From Candidatus Melainabacteria bacterium 17Bon1m (GTDB lineage: Bacteria > Cyanobacteriota > Vampirovibrionia > Obscuribacterales > Obscuribacteraceae): 64,000 bases of DNA. This document shows positions 10,202-20,850 of this stretch, piece after piece (the first letter of the stretch is position 1; every line of letters begins with the position of its first letter). A program made the translations under genes and the position numbers. The notes under the pieces are model-generated. The model had not been told where the DNA came from, did no database searches, and was given only the letters and a program-made list of their open reading frames with translations. The stretch is taken from positions 129,008 through 193,007 of the forward strand of contig JAVLKG010000003.1 in the NCBI GenBank assembly GCA_032128875.1. The letters run 5' to 3'.

Positions 10202-10396
10202 CACTTAACAAAACTGCCCAAAAGCCAAATTTGTTTGCCCTTAAAGAATAAGGATCACCCGTAAGGGGTAATAATAGAAATGAAGCTGCTCGTCCCTCGA
10301 GTGTCTGTTCACGCGCCTGCCATCCCGGAACGTGATGAAACCAAGACCGCAAACTGTGCAGACTGACCGGAATCTCTTATAGGAAAGATCCTGACC

Positions 10397-13300
10397 GTGG
10401 ACTTTTTCAAATCCAAACAAACCCTTCACCGTTATCCGACAGACTTCCTCATTGGCGATTTGCTAGTGAAGGCTGGAGTTATCAGCCAGAGCAAGCTCGA
10501 TGAAGCGATAAAGCTCTCAGGTGCCAAGCACTTGCAACTCGGTCAGATGTTGATTATGAGCGGTGCCATCAATGCCGCGCAGCTGCAGGCTGCTGTCGAT
10601 GCACAATCGCTGGTCAGAGATCGCACTATCGACCTCAATGAAGCACTCAAGGTTTTAAAACAAGCTTGCAAATCTGGGCAATCGATCGCTGATGTAATTT
10701 CCTCTGGGTCCACCAGAGCGGCATCCGGACCCACTAACAAGCTTGGCGAAGTGCTGCTGGAAGCCGGACTGATTAACTCCGATCAATTCTCGAAAGCAAT
10801 GCAGCGCAGCCTGGCAACGGGCTTACCGCTCGGTCGTATTCTGGTTCTCAATAATACTTTGGCAGATGCGATCCTCAGCATGGCACTTGATTTGCAAGTG
10901 CGCGTGCGCGACGACATGCTTACTCGCGAGGAGGCGCTCGACGCTTTACGCAGTGCCGCTGGTATCGAAGGCGATGAAATGCCCGATCCCAATCGTGTTG
11001 CCCAGGCTCAAGCAGCTTTGAAGGCTCCTCGCAAACACGGGGTGCGCATCGGTGAAATGTTTGTTCGCGCTGGATTGCTCACCGAAACAGACGTTATGAA
11101 TGCCTTGGAAACAGGTCTGGCTACCGATCAACTTATTGGACAAGTTTTGGTCGGGCAAGGATTTATTACTGACCAAATTCTCGAAGCCGCCCTCGGGCTG
11201 CAGAAGATGGTCGATGGCAACCATGTGGACGTGGATAAAGCAATTGATACGCTTTCTATGATCCAAAGCCAGGGGATTACGTACGACGAAGCAGTCGAGT
11301 CCTTGCAAATTGAGGAAACACCGACCACAGAAACGATCAGTTTCGATCACATGCTGGTGCTTGCTCGTGTGATGACTGAAAACGAGATCCATGAAGCCGT
11401 TGCGCATGCCATGGAAGATCCGAAGATTGTCGGTCAGATTTTGCTTATGACGGGTCACCTCGAAAAGAGCACTGTTAAAGCTGCACTGAGAGCACATTTC
11501 CTATTGCAGAAAGGCGTAATTTCGCAGGACGACGCCGTCGTTGGATTGGACTACACAATGCATAGCTCCAACAAGCTGTCTTTTGATGGTGCGCTTCAGG
11601 AGCTGGGTTGGGACATCTCGACCCTGCCGAAGGATGAGGTCGATCCAGAAACTCGCGCGATGGAAGAAGCGCGTAAAGATTTTGGTGTCTCTAGTGATGA
11701 TGAACTTACCAAATTCGTCGATAGAGCCAAGCCGGATTCTTCATCAGATACCGGGGAGTCCGAACCCGTTGTAGCCCCGGAAAAGGTAGAAGAGAAAGAA
11801 GAATTTTCGCATGCGACCGCAGACGAGCTACAGGTAATTTCCGGGACATACCAGAAAGTGGAAGGTTCGGCGGAAGTCACCGGCCAAGCCGAAGAAGACA
11901 GTTGGGATGTGCCGGACGATGAAGCTATCAATAAGACAGAACAGACTGAGGAAGCACCCAAACGTTCGCTTTCCGGATTGCTGTCTCATGAGGATCTAAA
12001 ACCGTTAGATGCTGATGAAGTGATTAAGGCTCAAACCAAATCTGATTCCGCTCCACCCAAGCTAGGTGGTAAGTTTGCTAATTTGCTGGGAGGGGACGAA
12101 CCTCCAGCGAAAAAACCTGGTTCTGCTGCCGATAAGGAAAAGGCTGAAGCCGAAAAAGCGAAGGCTGAGAAGGAAGTGTCCGATAAAGCCGCTTCTGACC
12201 GTGCTGCAGCAGAAGCGCTTGCAGAAGAAATTCGCGCTGCTGAAAAGGCGGCTTCCGATAAGAGAGCGGCGGAAAAAGCTGCTGCCGATAAGGCTGCGGA
12301 AGAGAAAGCTGCTGCTGAGGAAAAAGCAGCAGCCGAAAAGGCTGCTGCAGAGAAGCTCGCTGCCGAGAAAGCCGCAGAGGAAAAGGCTGCGGCAGAGAAG
12401 CTCGCTGCCGAGAAAGCCGCAGAGGAAAAGGCTGCGGCAGAGAAGCTTGCTGCCGAGAAAGCTGCAGAAGAAAAGGCAGCCGCCGAAAAGGCTGCGGCGG
12501 AGAAGGCAGCCGCAGAAAAAGCTGCTGCCGAAAAAGCTGCCGCGGAAAAAGCTGCCGCAGAAAAAGCAGCTGCATCAACTCCTACCCCCGTGTCAGCTCC
12601 GGCAGCCGGCGGACTTAAGAAGGTGGGGGCGTTCCAAAGTCTTTTGTCCGAAGAACCTGCAAAGAAAGCAGATTCGCCTGCCGCTGCACCCGCCACTCCA
12701 GTTGCATCACCTGCGCCCTCACCGGCTGCGACCACAGGTGCTCCCGTCGCTGCTCCTATAGCAGCGTCCGCCGCACCCTCTGCGATACCTTCAGGAGCCG
12801 CAACCCCGGCAACGCCGAATGTCGCAGCAGCACTATCTGCTTTGACAAGAGCGCATCCACCCACTTCGGGTGCACATCCTCAACAAACCATTGCGCCTGC
12901 AGCAGCTGCATCACCTGCGGTGGCGCGCCCGGCAGCTCCGGCTGGCGCTCCAGCATCAGGCGCCACCCTTGCTCAACCCCCAGCTCGTCCGGGAATTCCT
13001 GCACCGGTTGCAGCTCCAGGTCTCGCCAAAACTCCAGCCCCAATAGCAGCACCTGGTGCTGTACGTCCTCCGGCGCAACCGGCTCCCGGCGTAGCTACCG
13101 CACCCGCAGCACATTCCGGTGGAGCAAATGGTAGCGGGCAACCGCCTGCGACACCTCGTGTGACACCACCCAACGGGGCGTCACAAACTGCGGCTCCGGC
13201 TGCAGCGATAGCACCACCGCCCGCCGCAGCTACGGGGCAAACCACCGCAGTTAAATCGGAAGATGATGTGAAAGGCGCGCTAAGTGGAGCTTATGCAAGA

Positions 13301-13783
13301 CTTGCCGAGAGCTATTACGACCAGGGCAACTATGCAGAAGCTCTTGGTTTGTACGAGAAAATTCTCGCCGTGCGCGAGCAGGAATTGGGTGAGAGCGATC
13401 CGGAATTGATTTCCGATCTCGCCAATGTCGTGCGTGTGCTGTGCGTGCAAAACCGCTTCGACAGTGCCGAAAGCTACGTTCGACGCATTATCGGGATTCT
13501 CGAGATGACTCAACCGGACGACGTGCAAAAACTTGCGGATGCTCTGAACACACTGGCTCAAATCTACTTCCAGCAAGACAAGTTTGATCAATGTCTGCCG
13601 GTTTTGGATCGTTCAGTCAAGCTCAAGCAGCAAGTTCTTGGCGAAGATCACGTCGACATGGCTGATTGCTACCGCGACTACTCACGTTTGTTGAGAAAAC
13701 TCAATCGTAAGGAAGAAGCAGAGCAGTATTACAGCAAAGCCAAAACGATCTTGGGCAAGGCTCCAAAGCAAGCTGTGGTGTAG
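10397..13783 (+). CDS. Multi-MshEN-like domain protein with EKAAA helical rod, Pro/Ala linker and C-terminal TPRs
   Basis: Repeats such as '[21 protein letters not shown]...[24 protein letters not shown]'; TPR '[22 protein letters not shown]'. Confidence 0.85.
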   Translation: MDFFKSKQTLHRYPTDFLIGDLLVKAGVISQSKLDEAIKLSGAKHLQLGQMLIMSGAINAAQLQAAVDAQSLVRDRTIDLNEALKVLKQACKSGQSIADVISSGSTRAASGPTNKLGEVLLEAGLINSDQFSKAMQRSLATGLPLGRILVLNNTLADAILSMALDLQVRVRDDMLTREEALDALRSAAGIEGDEMPDPNRVAQAQAALKAPRKHGVRIGEMFVRAGLLTETDVMNALETGLATDQLIGQVLVGQGFITDQILEAALGLQKMVDGNHVDVDKAIDTLSMIQSQGITYDEAVESLQIEETPTTETISFDHMLVLARVMTENEIHEAVAHAMEDPKIVGQILLMTGHLEKSTVKAALRAHFLLQKGVISQDDAVVGLDYTMHSSNKLSFDGALQELGWDISTLPKDEVDPETRAMEEARKDFGVSSDDELTKFVDRAKPDSSSDTGESEPVVAPEKVEEKEEFSHATADELQVISGTYQKVEGSAEVTGQAEEDSWDVPDDEAINKTEQTEEAPKRSLSGLLSHEDLKPLDADEVIKAQTKSDSAPPKLGGKFANLLGGDEPPAKKPGSAADKEKAEAEKAKAEKEVSDKAASDRAAAEALAEEIRAAEKAASDKRAAEKAAADKAAEEKAAAEEKAAAEKAAAEKLAAEKAAEEKAAAEKLAAEKAAEEKAAAEKLAAEKAAEEKAAAEKAAAEKAAAEKAAAEKAAAEKAAAEKAAASTPTPVSAPAAGGLKKVGAFQSLLSEEPAKKADSPAAAPATPVASPAPSPAATTGAPVAAPIAASAAPSAIPSGAATPATPNVAAALSALTRAHPPTSGAHPQQTIAPAAAASPAVARPAAPAGAPASGATLAQPPARPGIPAPVAAPGLAKTPAPIAAPGAVRPPAQPAPGVATAPAAHSGGANGSGQPPATPRVTPPNGASQTAAPAAAIAPPPAAATGQTTAVKSEDDVKGALSGAYARLAESYYDQGNYAEALGLYEKILAVREQELGESDPELISDLANVVRVLCVQNRFDSAESYVRRIIGILEMTQPDDVQKLADALNTLAQIYFQQDKFDQCLPVLDRSVKLKQQVLGEDHVDMADCYRDYSRLLRKLNRKEEAEQYYSKAKTILGKAPKQAVV
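12240..12575 (+). repeat. Coding tandem repeat ([10 protein letters not shown]) including a perfect 45-bp duplication
   Basis: gcagagaagctcgctgccgagaaagccgcagaggaaaaggctgcg at 12347-12391 and 12392-12436, then a degenerate third copy. Confidence 0.9.
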
Positions 13784-13790
13784 CTTTTGC

Positions 13791-14369
13791 TTAGAAGTTG
13801 CCGTTAGCGAGCATTCGTGCAATTTGCTTGGGGTTCATCTTCTTCGGTTTTTTGCCGAAATTTTGGCCATAAAAATAGTTGGGATTATTTCCCCAACCAT
13901 TGTTAAAGCCTGAATTTAGAGCTGCATTCAAATTGCGATTCCAATTATTGCCATTCCAATTGCAATTTTGATTGTTGTTCCAACCATTGTTCCAACCGTT
14001 ATTCCAGTTGGCATTCCAATTGTTGTTGCAGCCATTATTCCAGCCAGCGTTCAAATTGTTGTTCCAGTTATTGTTCCAATTGTTTCCCCAGTTATTTCCG
14101 GGCCCACAATTGTTCCAGCCACTATTCCAACGGTTGTTGCGGCGGTGGTTCCAGTTTTGGTTGCCGTTTCGGCCGCAGTTATTGTTCCAATTCCAGTTTC
14201 CGTTCCGGCGACCGTTATACCAACCACGGTGGTTTCCGTTATTGCCTCGGTTTCCATTGCATCCTGAGTTTCCATGGCCACCCCATCCGTGATGACCCTT
14301 AGCTTCAGCGGCTTGTCCAGCAAATGCCAGTGAGATTACTGCCGCGAGCAAGATTGAAGAAACCTTCAT
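13791..14369 (-). CDS. Secreted Asn/Trp/Gly-rich low-complexity protein
   Basis: ATG at 14369 with AGGAG RBS; signal peptide MKVSSILLAAVISLAFAGQAAEA; repeated GWNN/NWNN. Confidence 0.8.
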   Translation of the reverse strand: MKVSSILLAAVISLAFAGQAAEAKGHHGWGGHGNSGCNGNRGNNGNHRGWYNGRRNGNWNWNNNCGRNGNQNWNHRRNNRWNSGWNNCGPGNNWGNNWNNNWNNNLNAGWNNGCNNNWNANWNNGWNNGWNNNQNCNWNGNNWNRNLNAALNSGFNNGWGNNPNYFYGQNFGKKPKKMNPKQIARMLANGNF

Positions 14370-14468
14370 AATGAGCTCCTCATATTTCGCGTGACAAAAC
14401 CAAGCGACGACTATCCAAAAATTATGTTCCGGCCACAAGATCACTTGAGGACCATCGCTGAAAACGTA

Positions 14469-14508
14469 AGGCTGCAGACAGTTCCAGCCCCCTGGAAGTC
14501 TGCAGCCT
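14469..14508. terminator. Intergenic hairpin between the two N/W-rich genes
   Basis: aggctgcagac...gtctgcagcct inverted repeat. Confidence 0.5.
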
Positions 14509-14551
14509 ATTATCAGCTGATTGATTTGATTGACTTGATTTTGATGGCTGA

Positions 14552-14839
14552 TTAATACCAGCGCGAATTCATCTGCCTATTTATTCTCTTACGGTCTTGT
14601 CTGTCAAAACGACCGTTACCGTTCGTATCCCAACGATTGTTCCAGGCGTGATATCTATGGTTGTTACGCCAGCCGTAGTGATTACCCCTGTTCCAGCGAT
14701 TCCAGTTGTTGTTGTTGTTATGCCAGCCATAATGTCCATGGTGGTGTCGCCAACCATCGTGATCTCGCGCTTCTGCAGCTTGTCCAGCCAAGGCGAAAGT
14801 CATGACAGCAGCGAGAAAAATTGATGCAATTTTCATCAT
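14552..14839 (-). CDS. Secreted His/Asn/Trp-rich small protein with an EF-hand-like loop; paralog of the neighbour
   Basis: Signal peptide MKIASIFLAAVMTFALAGQAAEA; 'DTNGNGRFDRQD' loop. Confidence 0.8.
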   Translation of the reverse strand: MMKIASIFLAAVMTFALAGQAAEARDHDGWRHHHGHYGWHNNNNNWNRWNRGNHYGWRNNHRYHAWNNRWDTNGNGRFDRQDRKRINRQMNSRWY

Positions 14840-15234
14840 CTAACCCTCGTATTTCTGTCTGCATGTTCAGACCGCGCGACGTCTTCTGAGTTCCCAGAAT
14901 GCTTTTGTTATCGAACATTTAGCGGAAACAGAGTTCTTTACATAAGTGCTGTTCGCGTTTGCGATCGATTTTTCTAGTGCTCGGTATTATTGTTTGGAGT
15001 TGTGGTTGAAGTTGTTTTGAGCGTTGCTATATCTTCCGATCATTTTGATTGAACAAATTCAAACGAGCGACGGATAATAAAATTTGTGGTTTTGGATTTT
15101 TTAGCCGCCACTGGCTGTGGTGGCATGATTTTCTGCGATCATATGATTGACGAAACGTCGGGAACATAGGTTAATGCCTTTGTGTCGTAGGGTTCATACG
15201 TTTTTTGTGCGGTTTGAGATTGAGGGAGGTTGTC

Positions 15235-15723
15235 ATGATAAATTTGGTGTCGCAAAAGAAGGCACTGTCTGTGGTGGCGTTGACCGGCATAGTATTTGCA
15301 ATCGTCCCTGTGGCTCCTGCGCTGGCGGATACGACTCTGCAAGGCAGTACTTCGAAGAGTAAGTATCAACAAACGACCGGCTTGAAGGGCTACTTTCAAC
15401 GCCATCCCAAGGTGAAGAGTGCAACAGTAGGTGCGGGTGTAGGAGCCGGTGTAGGTGCAGTCACTGGGCTTATCTCCGGTAAAGGTACTATGCGCGGCGC
15501 AGCAATCGGTGCTGGCACCGGTGTTGGTGTCGGATTGGTGAGAAGCACGCGTTCACTCGACAACCATCCTGTTGTTAAAGACACGGCTACGGGCACATTG
15601 CTTGGGGCAGGATTAGGACTGGCAGCCAGTCGCGGACATGGCAAAGGCAAGAAGATTGCCGCTGCCACCGCAGTTGGTGCCGCGCTTGGTTTGGGCACAG
15701 GGCTGCTCAAAGATAAGTTCTAA
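15235..15723 (+). CDS. Exported glycine-zipper protein
   Basis: GGGAGG RBS, signal peptide, two GxxxG zipper blocks. Confidence 0.8.
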   Translation: MINLVSQKKALSVVALTGIVFAIVPVAPALADTTLQGSTSKSKYQQTTGLKGYFQRHPKVKSATVGAGVGAGVGAVTGLISGKGTMRGAAIGAGTGVGVGLVRSTRSLDNHPVVKDTATGTLLGAGLGLAASRGHGKGKKIAAATAVGAALGLGTGLLKDKF

Positions 15724-15751
15724 ATTGCAACTGCAAAGAGAACAATCGTTG

Positions 15752-15777
15752 AAGGGCGGGTAACACCGCCCTTTTAT
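15752..15777 (+). terminator. Rho-independent terminator between convergent genes
   Basis: aagggcgg-loop-ccgccctt followed by a T-rich tail. Confidence 0.7.
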
Positions 15778-17625
15778 TTATTCAGTTATCTTCAAATCTT
15801 TGAGCGAACCCATGCCCTGGGTGGCTTTGAGACCTTGCTCAGCACCGCCCTGAGGCGTTTGGGCGATTTGTTGAGGTACTTGATGCGATGAGGCTTCGAC
15901 TGCTTCAGGCGTTTGTGGTGCAGTTGGTTTCGCGTGAGCCATCTTGTCACCAGCGGGCTGACTGTGGTGTTGAGGACTGTGGTGAGCGGTTTGAGCGTGA
16001 TGCGCAGGTCCGTGATGTGCCGGACTATGATGAGTCGGACTGTGATGCGCCGTGGTGTGATTTCCGCCAGCATGATGCGCAGCTGGATTTGCGCCATTCG
16101 CATGTGAGGCATCAGCAAGAGTAGAGTGACTTTCGCCGCCAGGCATGCTGAATTTCTGCCCGGGGTGAATCATGCTGGGATTGTCGCCGATCACACTGGC
16201 ATTGCGATCATATAAATGATGCCAATTTTGACCACCGCCCAAATGATCTTTGGAAATGTTCCAGAGGTTGTCGCCTGGCTTGACTGTGTAATCGGCATTA
16301 GCGGTGATCTGACTGTGATCACCAAGGTTGAGTTGATCGCCAGGATGAATAAGGTTAGGATTCGAGCCAACAACGTCGTGATTCATTTTATAGATGTCAG
16401 GCCATTTCGTGCCGTCGCCCATATGGCTCTTAGCGATGTCCCACAGGTTGTCGCCCGGTTTGACAGTATAGGGAGCAGCTTCAGCAGGGTTTTGAGCAAC
16501 TTGCTGACCAGCCGCCGCGTCACCTTGCTGTTGGAGTACTGACTGCTGATCTCCTGCTTGTGGTTGTACGGTTGTTTCTGTGCGCGGCAATTCCATCTGC
16601 TGACCGACCGAGGGCTGTTGTTGATAAGCAGGTTGCTGTGGCATCTGAGCCTGTGGAATATTTTGTCCGCCACCTTGCATGGTGCCTAGTTGAGGTCTGA
16701 ATGCGCCACCGCCGTTGTCGAACGCAATTTGCTGACCTTGAACAAAATTATCGCCACCGCCGATCATCTCGTGCGGATTGCTGAGTCTAGGATCCATGGA
16801 TTGGTACATTGGCTGACCGAAATCGGCATGACCACCGACGTTCAGGTCTGTTTGTGCCATGTCACCGAAGTCCGGGAATTGCGACATAGTATTGTTGCTG
16901 GTTGAAGCCAGCGTGTCGAAACCTGTGAACTGACCGGTCATCTGCCCAGCCATATTCGTGCCCATGGTGTTCAATCCCATTGCGCCGAATTGCTGCCCAA
17001 GAGTGGCGAAAATCGGTGCGTTGGAAGGAAGCATTGAAAGACTCATCGGCATGTGCTCGCCGATGCGACCCAGTGATGAAGCCAATCCAGCGTTGGCATG
17101 ATTCAACCAATCGGCGAAATTGAAAGCACCGATGAAGTCCTGCAATGGCATGAATAGCGCGCCCAGAGCTTCGAAGAAGGAGTTAAGCAGACCAATATGA
17201 CCTGGCATCCGCATGATCAGCTGGATAATCGGCGATATTGGTTCGGCCCCAGGTGTAAGTGCCGCAAGCGCTGCATCGGCACCAGGAGCAAATGCTGCAG
17301 CTTCGGCTCCCGTAGGCACAATTTGCAGTTGAGCCATAGGAGCTGCATCAAAAGACAAACTCTGCGCACTATTGAAGGCGAGTTCGCCACCGGTATTAAA
17401 GTTGATAGCTTGGTTGGAAAAACTCAGAGAATCGCCGCCGAAAGTCTGAAGATCAGGCAAGCCGGCATTACCATTGGGCGCGAAAAACTGATGCGCCGCT
17501 CGGACATCGAGAGGTTGGGAAAGACTTTGGTTGACGTTTTGGAAAACTTCACGGCCGGAAAATTGTCCGGCTTTCATGCCTTCACTAAGTCCGTCTCCAA
17601 AATTTGGAATATCAGGTGCAGCCAC
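15778..17625 (-). CDS. Protein with two LysM domains and His-rich tail
   Basis: Two 'YTVKPGDNLW.I.K.H.G.G..W...Y..N...G.NP..IHPG' repeats. Confidence 0.9.
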   Translation of the reverse strand: MAAPDIPNFGDGLSEGMKAGQFSGREVFQNVNQSLSQPLDVRAAHQFFAPNGNAGLPDLQTFGGDSLSFSNQAINFNTGGELAFNSAQSLSFDAAPMAQLQIVPTGAEAAAFAPGADAALAALTPGAEPISPIIQLIMRMPGHIGLLNSFFEALGALFMPLQDFIGAFNFADWLNHANAGLASSLGRIGEHMPMSLSMLPSNAPIFATLGQQFGAMGLNTMGTNMAGQMTGQFTGFDTLASTSNNTMSQFPDFGDMAQTDLNVGGHADFGQPMYQSMDPRLSNPHEMIGGGDNFVQGQQIAFDNGGGAFRPQLGTMQGGGQNIPQAQMPQQPAYQQQPSVGQQMELPRTETTVQPQAGDQQSVLQQQGDAAAGQQVAQNPAEAAPYTVKPGDNLWDIAKSHMGDGTKWPDIYKMNHDVVGSNPNLIHPGDQLNLGDHSQITANADYTVKPGDNLWNISKDHLGGGQNWHHLYDRNASVIGDNPSMIHPGQKFSMPGGESHSTLADASHANGANPAAHHAGGNHTTAHHSPTHHSPAHHGPAHHAQTAHHSPQHHSQPAGDKMAHAKPTAPQTPEAVEASSHQVPQQIAQTPQGGAEQGLKATQGMGSLKDLKITE

Positions 17626-17854
17626 TAGTAAATATTTCTCTGACCCAGCCTAATATTTGTACTTTAGGTACCAGGGGATGTCAAGTTAACAATTTTGTGC
17701 ACTGGCGGGCGTTAGCGGGCACGAAAGTGGCAGTTTTTCGGTGTTTTCCGGAGCGATTTAGGGGGTAGCCCGGAGTAACACCTCGTGACGGGCGTCGCTA
17801 TGGGGACTTTGGCTCGGACTCTAATGCGAGGCAATCCTCAAGTGTCGCCAGGAT

Positions 17855-19333
17855 TCAGATTGCTAGATTATTGGAGAGTGATTTGCTTAAAATTTTAGCC
17901 AAAAAGCCGGCCGCTTCCAATTCCCAGGGTTGCCACGGCAGGGAGATGCCTTTGGCTGTTTCCTTCCACAGTTCAAATGAAGTCCTTGGATAGAGCCGCT
18001 CCCCGTAGGGGCTTTTATTTGACGGCTTAAATGGGTCGCCTGCCCAATTAACAGACTTGGACATTTCTGGCCGGAGCCACATAAGCCAGGACTTATGGTG
18101 ATTTGGAATTTTTGCTGCCAGCAAACCACAAGCATAAGCACCTATGTCGTGACCATAGCGAGCGGGCAAGTCATCGCAAGCAAAGACTTCTTCATTGGGT
18201 CCGCATTCCAGCCATTCAATCAGTGATTGCAATGTTGGATTATCCGGCGTCGCATTTTTCCTCAGAATAGTTCCGTCGGTAATAAATACGTTGCCTGTAC
18301 TCTGAATCAACTCGTCCAGTGAAGGGTGGCTCTGTACCATTGATTTCAGGTCGTGAGAATCAAGGAGATTTGCCGCAATATCTTGAATCGTCGAAAGATA
18401 GCGCAGCTTGATTTCGCTTTCGGCAAGTTTGTGCAGATCGGAAAGTCGATTAGAGCATAACTGCGAAAGAGTTTGATAGAAGCTAAACTCCTGCAATGTA
18501 AAAGTGCGTGCTGACTCATGGTGACACGCAATTAGTCCCCAGAATTTCCCCTTCTCGAAAAGAGAAATCGACATCGATGCACGCACATTCATGTTGCGAA
18601 GATACTGCAAATGAATTGGAGAGACACTGCGCACAAACGAGAAACTCAAGTCGAGCGGCATCATGCCTGGCTCTTCGACAATGCGTGATTGAGTGCCGTC
18701 GACATCTGAAATTACGCGAAATCGATTTCTGATATAAAGCTCGCGCGCTTGCTTTGGAATATCCGTATGAGGAAAGTGCAGTCCTTTATATGAAGGCATA
18801 CTCTCCTTGCGGGATTCGGCGATTACTGCTCCATTCCAATCGCGATCGAATTTATACACTTTTACGCGATCAAACTTCGAAATGTCTCGAACAGTGTCGG
18901 CGATGAGCTGTGCAAGCTGCTGTTCGGAAGTCGTTGCAGAAAGTTTGATTCCAAGGCTGGACAAAGTAGATGTTAGGTCACCGTTTTCGGCGGTACTCGC
19001 TAAAAGATCCAGGTATTGTTCGTCCACACTAGAGTGCCAGAGCGCGTTCACCTTCTTGCCGGATTTTAGTGTCAGAACGATGCTGGGTCGCAAGAGTTCT
19101 GAGCTAGATTTGTCCACCTTGTTTAACTCGTTCACGTTAAAGAAGGTCGAAATTTTTTGTCCGATTATCTCTTGTGCGCCGACGTCGAGGATTTCTCGCA
19201 CGTTCTCGCTAGCGCGAGTAATCTGCCCGTCTTTGCGGTATGCAATCAGTGCGCCGAATTCCTGCACGGAGCCAGGAATATGTATCTGCTCTTGATCGCA
19301 GTTGGTGATGTCTACTTCCGGTTTCTTGGTCAA
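17855..19333 (-). CDS. Bacteriophytochrome photosensory core (PAS-GAF-PHY) without an output domain
   Basis: N-terminal 'NCDQEQIHIPGSVQ' (biliverdin-binding Cys position), 'FPHTDIPKQAR' DIP motif, 'SPIHLQYLRNM', PHY tongue 'WAGDP' and 'PRTSF'. Confidence 0.93.
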   Translation of the reverse strand: MTKKPEVDITNCDQEQIHIPGSVQEFGALIAYRKDGQITRASENVREILDVGAQEIIGQKISTFFNVNELNKVDKSSSELLRPSIVLTLKSGKKVNALWHSSVDEQYLDLLASTAENGDLTSTLSSLGIKLSATTSEQQLAQLIADTVRDISKFDRVKVYKFDRDWNGAVIAESRKESMPSYKGLHFPHTDIPKQARELYIRNRFRVISDVDGTQSRIVEEPGMMPLDLSFSFVRSVSPIHLQYLRNMNVRASMSISLFEKGKFWGLIACHHESARTFTLQEFSFYQTLSQLCSNRLSDLHKLAESEIKLRYLSTIQDIAANLLDSHDLKSMVQSHPSLDELIQSTGNVFITDGTILRKNATPDNPTLQSLIEWLECGPNEEVFACDDLPARYGHDIGAYACGLLAAKIPNHHKSWLMWLRPEMSKSVNWAGDPFKPSNKSPYGERLYPRTSFELWKETAKGISLPWQPWELEAAGFLAKILSKSLSNNLAI

Positions 19334-19398
19334 TGGGATTCCCTCAGTTTAAAGTGAGGATTCGATCTTAGTCTCCGAGGATAGACAAGCCAACACAG

Positions 19399-19449
19399 AC
19401 CAAAAGTTCCTCAGAACCAAAAGTTCCTCAAAACTAAGAGTTTTCCAAA
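19399..19449. repeat. Three tandem 17-bp direct repeats upstream of the phytochrome gene
   Basis: accaaaagttcctcaga / accaaaagttcctcaaa / actaagagttttccaaa. Confidence 0.75.
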
Positions 19450-19471
19450 ACTTAAACTTGCTTTGGTGAAG

Positions 19472-20575
19472 TTACGCTGTAACTGTGTCCCGGACTACAG
19501 GCAAACCGCATTGATTCCATGCAGTCATTCCACCAGAAAGCACAATTACTTTTGAAAAACCTGCTTCAGACATGACTTGGGCTGCGGTTTTTGCGCGACC
19601 ACCCATCTTGCAGATTGAAACGATCTCTTCGTTTTTGTGTTGTGCAATCTCATCAAGTCGATGGGCGATTTCTTTAACGGAAATGTGTTTGATGCCTGGA
19701 AGATGCCCCAACTCTGCGTAGAGCTCTGGTGTTTCTCTAACATCGAGCAAAAATGGTTTCCATCCGGAATCCATTTTCTTCTTCATTTCTTCTGCATCGA
19801 TGTAATGAATTTCCTGACTGGCTGCGCAATCACTCAGCGTACCCATAGCTTCACATGCGGAAACTCCTTGCGGAATGTCTACAGACTTTGGATCGCGAGT
19901 GCAATCGAAATTGGCTTGTAGCACAAGTTTCATCCAGTCAGCAGGCCCGAGATGGAGTTCTTGCAAGAAGTGGACATACTCGTCCTTGGTCTTGGGTTTG
20001 AAAAACGGATTACGCTGCTTTTGCTCACCAAGAGTGGATGGACGCCTGCCGCGATAGTCGTGTCCAGGATAAATAATCAAGCTGTCCGGCATCTTTGAAA
20101 GCTTCATCAGGCTTTCGAAGTGATCCGCCGGATCTCCTCCAGGAAGGTCTGTGCGTCCCGCTCCGCCATCGTCGAGGAAGAGCGTATCGCCAGTCAGGAG
20201 CTTGTCATCCAGCAATATGCAAAGCGAGTCTTCTGTATGACCTGGGGTATGAACAAACTTGAGTTTTACTCCGCCCAGCGAGAGCTCTGAGCCATCTTCT
20301 ACTCGGTCTGTAACATCTTTTGGTTTCGCACTCGTGTGCATAACATAATGGCAGCCGGTTAAATCCATGAGCTTTGGACCGCCCGAAAGGTGGTCGGCGT
20401 GAGCGTGTGTATCGATGACAGCGCTGAGCTTTAGCCCTCGATTTTTCAAGAGAGCTTCGTACCGCTCAGCTTCTTTGAGTGACGGATCGATAATCCAGGC
20501 TTGCTTTTCCGATGCAGAACCGATCAAGTAGGTCATGCAGCCGGTTTGAGTAAGCGGTTCGAAGATAAGATCCAC
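19472..20575 (-). CDS. MBL-fold persulfide dioxygenase (ETHE1-like) fused to rhodanese
   Basis: 'DTHAHADHLSG', 'HTPGHT', 'GDTLF', 'YPGHDY'; rhodanese 'LDVRE...ICKMGGRA...LSGGMTAW'; GTG at 20575 with AAGGAG RBS. Confidence 0.9.
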   Translation of the reverse strand: MDLIFEPLTQTGCMTYLIGSASEKQAWIIDPSLKEAERYEALLKNRGLKLSAVIDTHAHADHLSGGPKLMDLTGCHYVMHTSAKPKDVTDRVEDGSELSLGGVKLKFVHTPGHTEDSLCILLDDKLLTGDTLFLDDGGAGRTDLPGGDPADHFESLMKLSKMPDSLIIYPGHDYRGRRPSTLGEQKQRNPFFKPKTKDEYVHFLQELHLGPADWMKLVLQANFDCTRDPKSVDIPQGVSACEAMGTLSDCAASQEIHYIDAEEMKKKMDSGWKPFLLDVRETPELYAELGHLPGIKHISVKEIAHRLDEIAQHKNEEIVSICKMGGRAKTAAQVMSEAGFSKVIVLSGGMTAWNQCGLPVVRDTVTA

Positions 20576-20850
20576 TGTCTTGCTCCTTATTAGTCTAAGA
20601 ACATTATTCAATAAAAACCCCCTTTAATTGTGAGTTTTAGTTGATGAATAGGCGTTCCCGCTAAAACCCCGATTAAATTTCAGGCTTTTCCCTGGGATCC
20701 GTTCAGCGCCTTTCATGTTACGCCGGCGCGCACTTCTCAGTACTTTGTTAGCAGGTGCTCCAGCATCGACGCGCAATTCCCGAAGCGTCGAGCGGCGGCT
20801 GCGGTATACGTTCGGAGCGCGACAGCGCCCTAAGAGATAGGAACGGAATT

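Noticed and set aside
10241-10429. Small CxxC ORF
   Set aside because: 62 aa, overlaps the start of the large plus-strand gene, no second metal-binding pair or clear RBS
12240-12575. CRISPR-like array
   Set aside because: Repeats are contiguous, in-frame coding units without unique spacers; no cas genes
12031-12864. Antisense and alternate-frame repetitive ORFs (FSAAA repeats)
   Set aside because: By-products of the EKAAA repeat lacking stops in other frames
13968-14292. Plus-strand LFQP and IVP repeat ORFs
   Set aside because: Antisense to the N/W-rich gene, which has an RBS and signal peptide
14515-14552. TTGA microrepeat
   Set aside because: Short, irregular, low complexity; no supportable function
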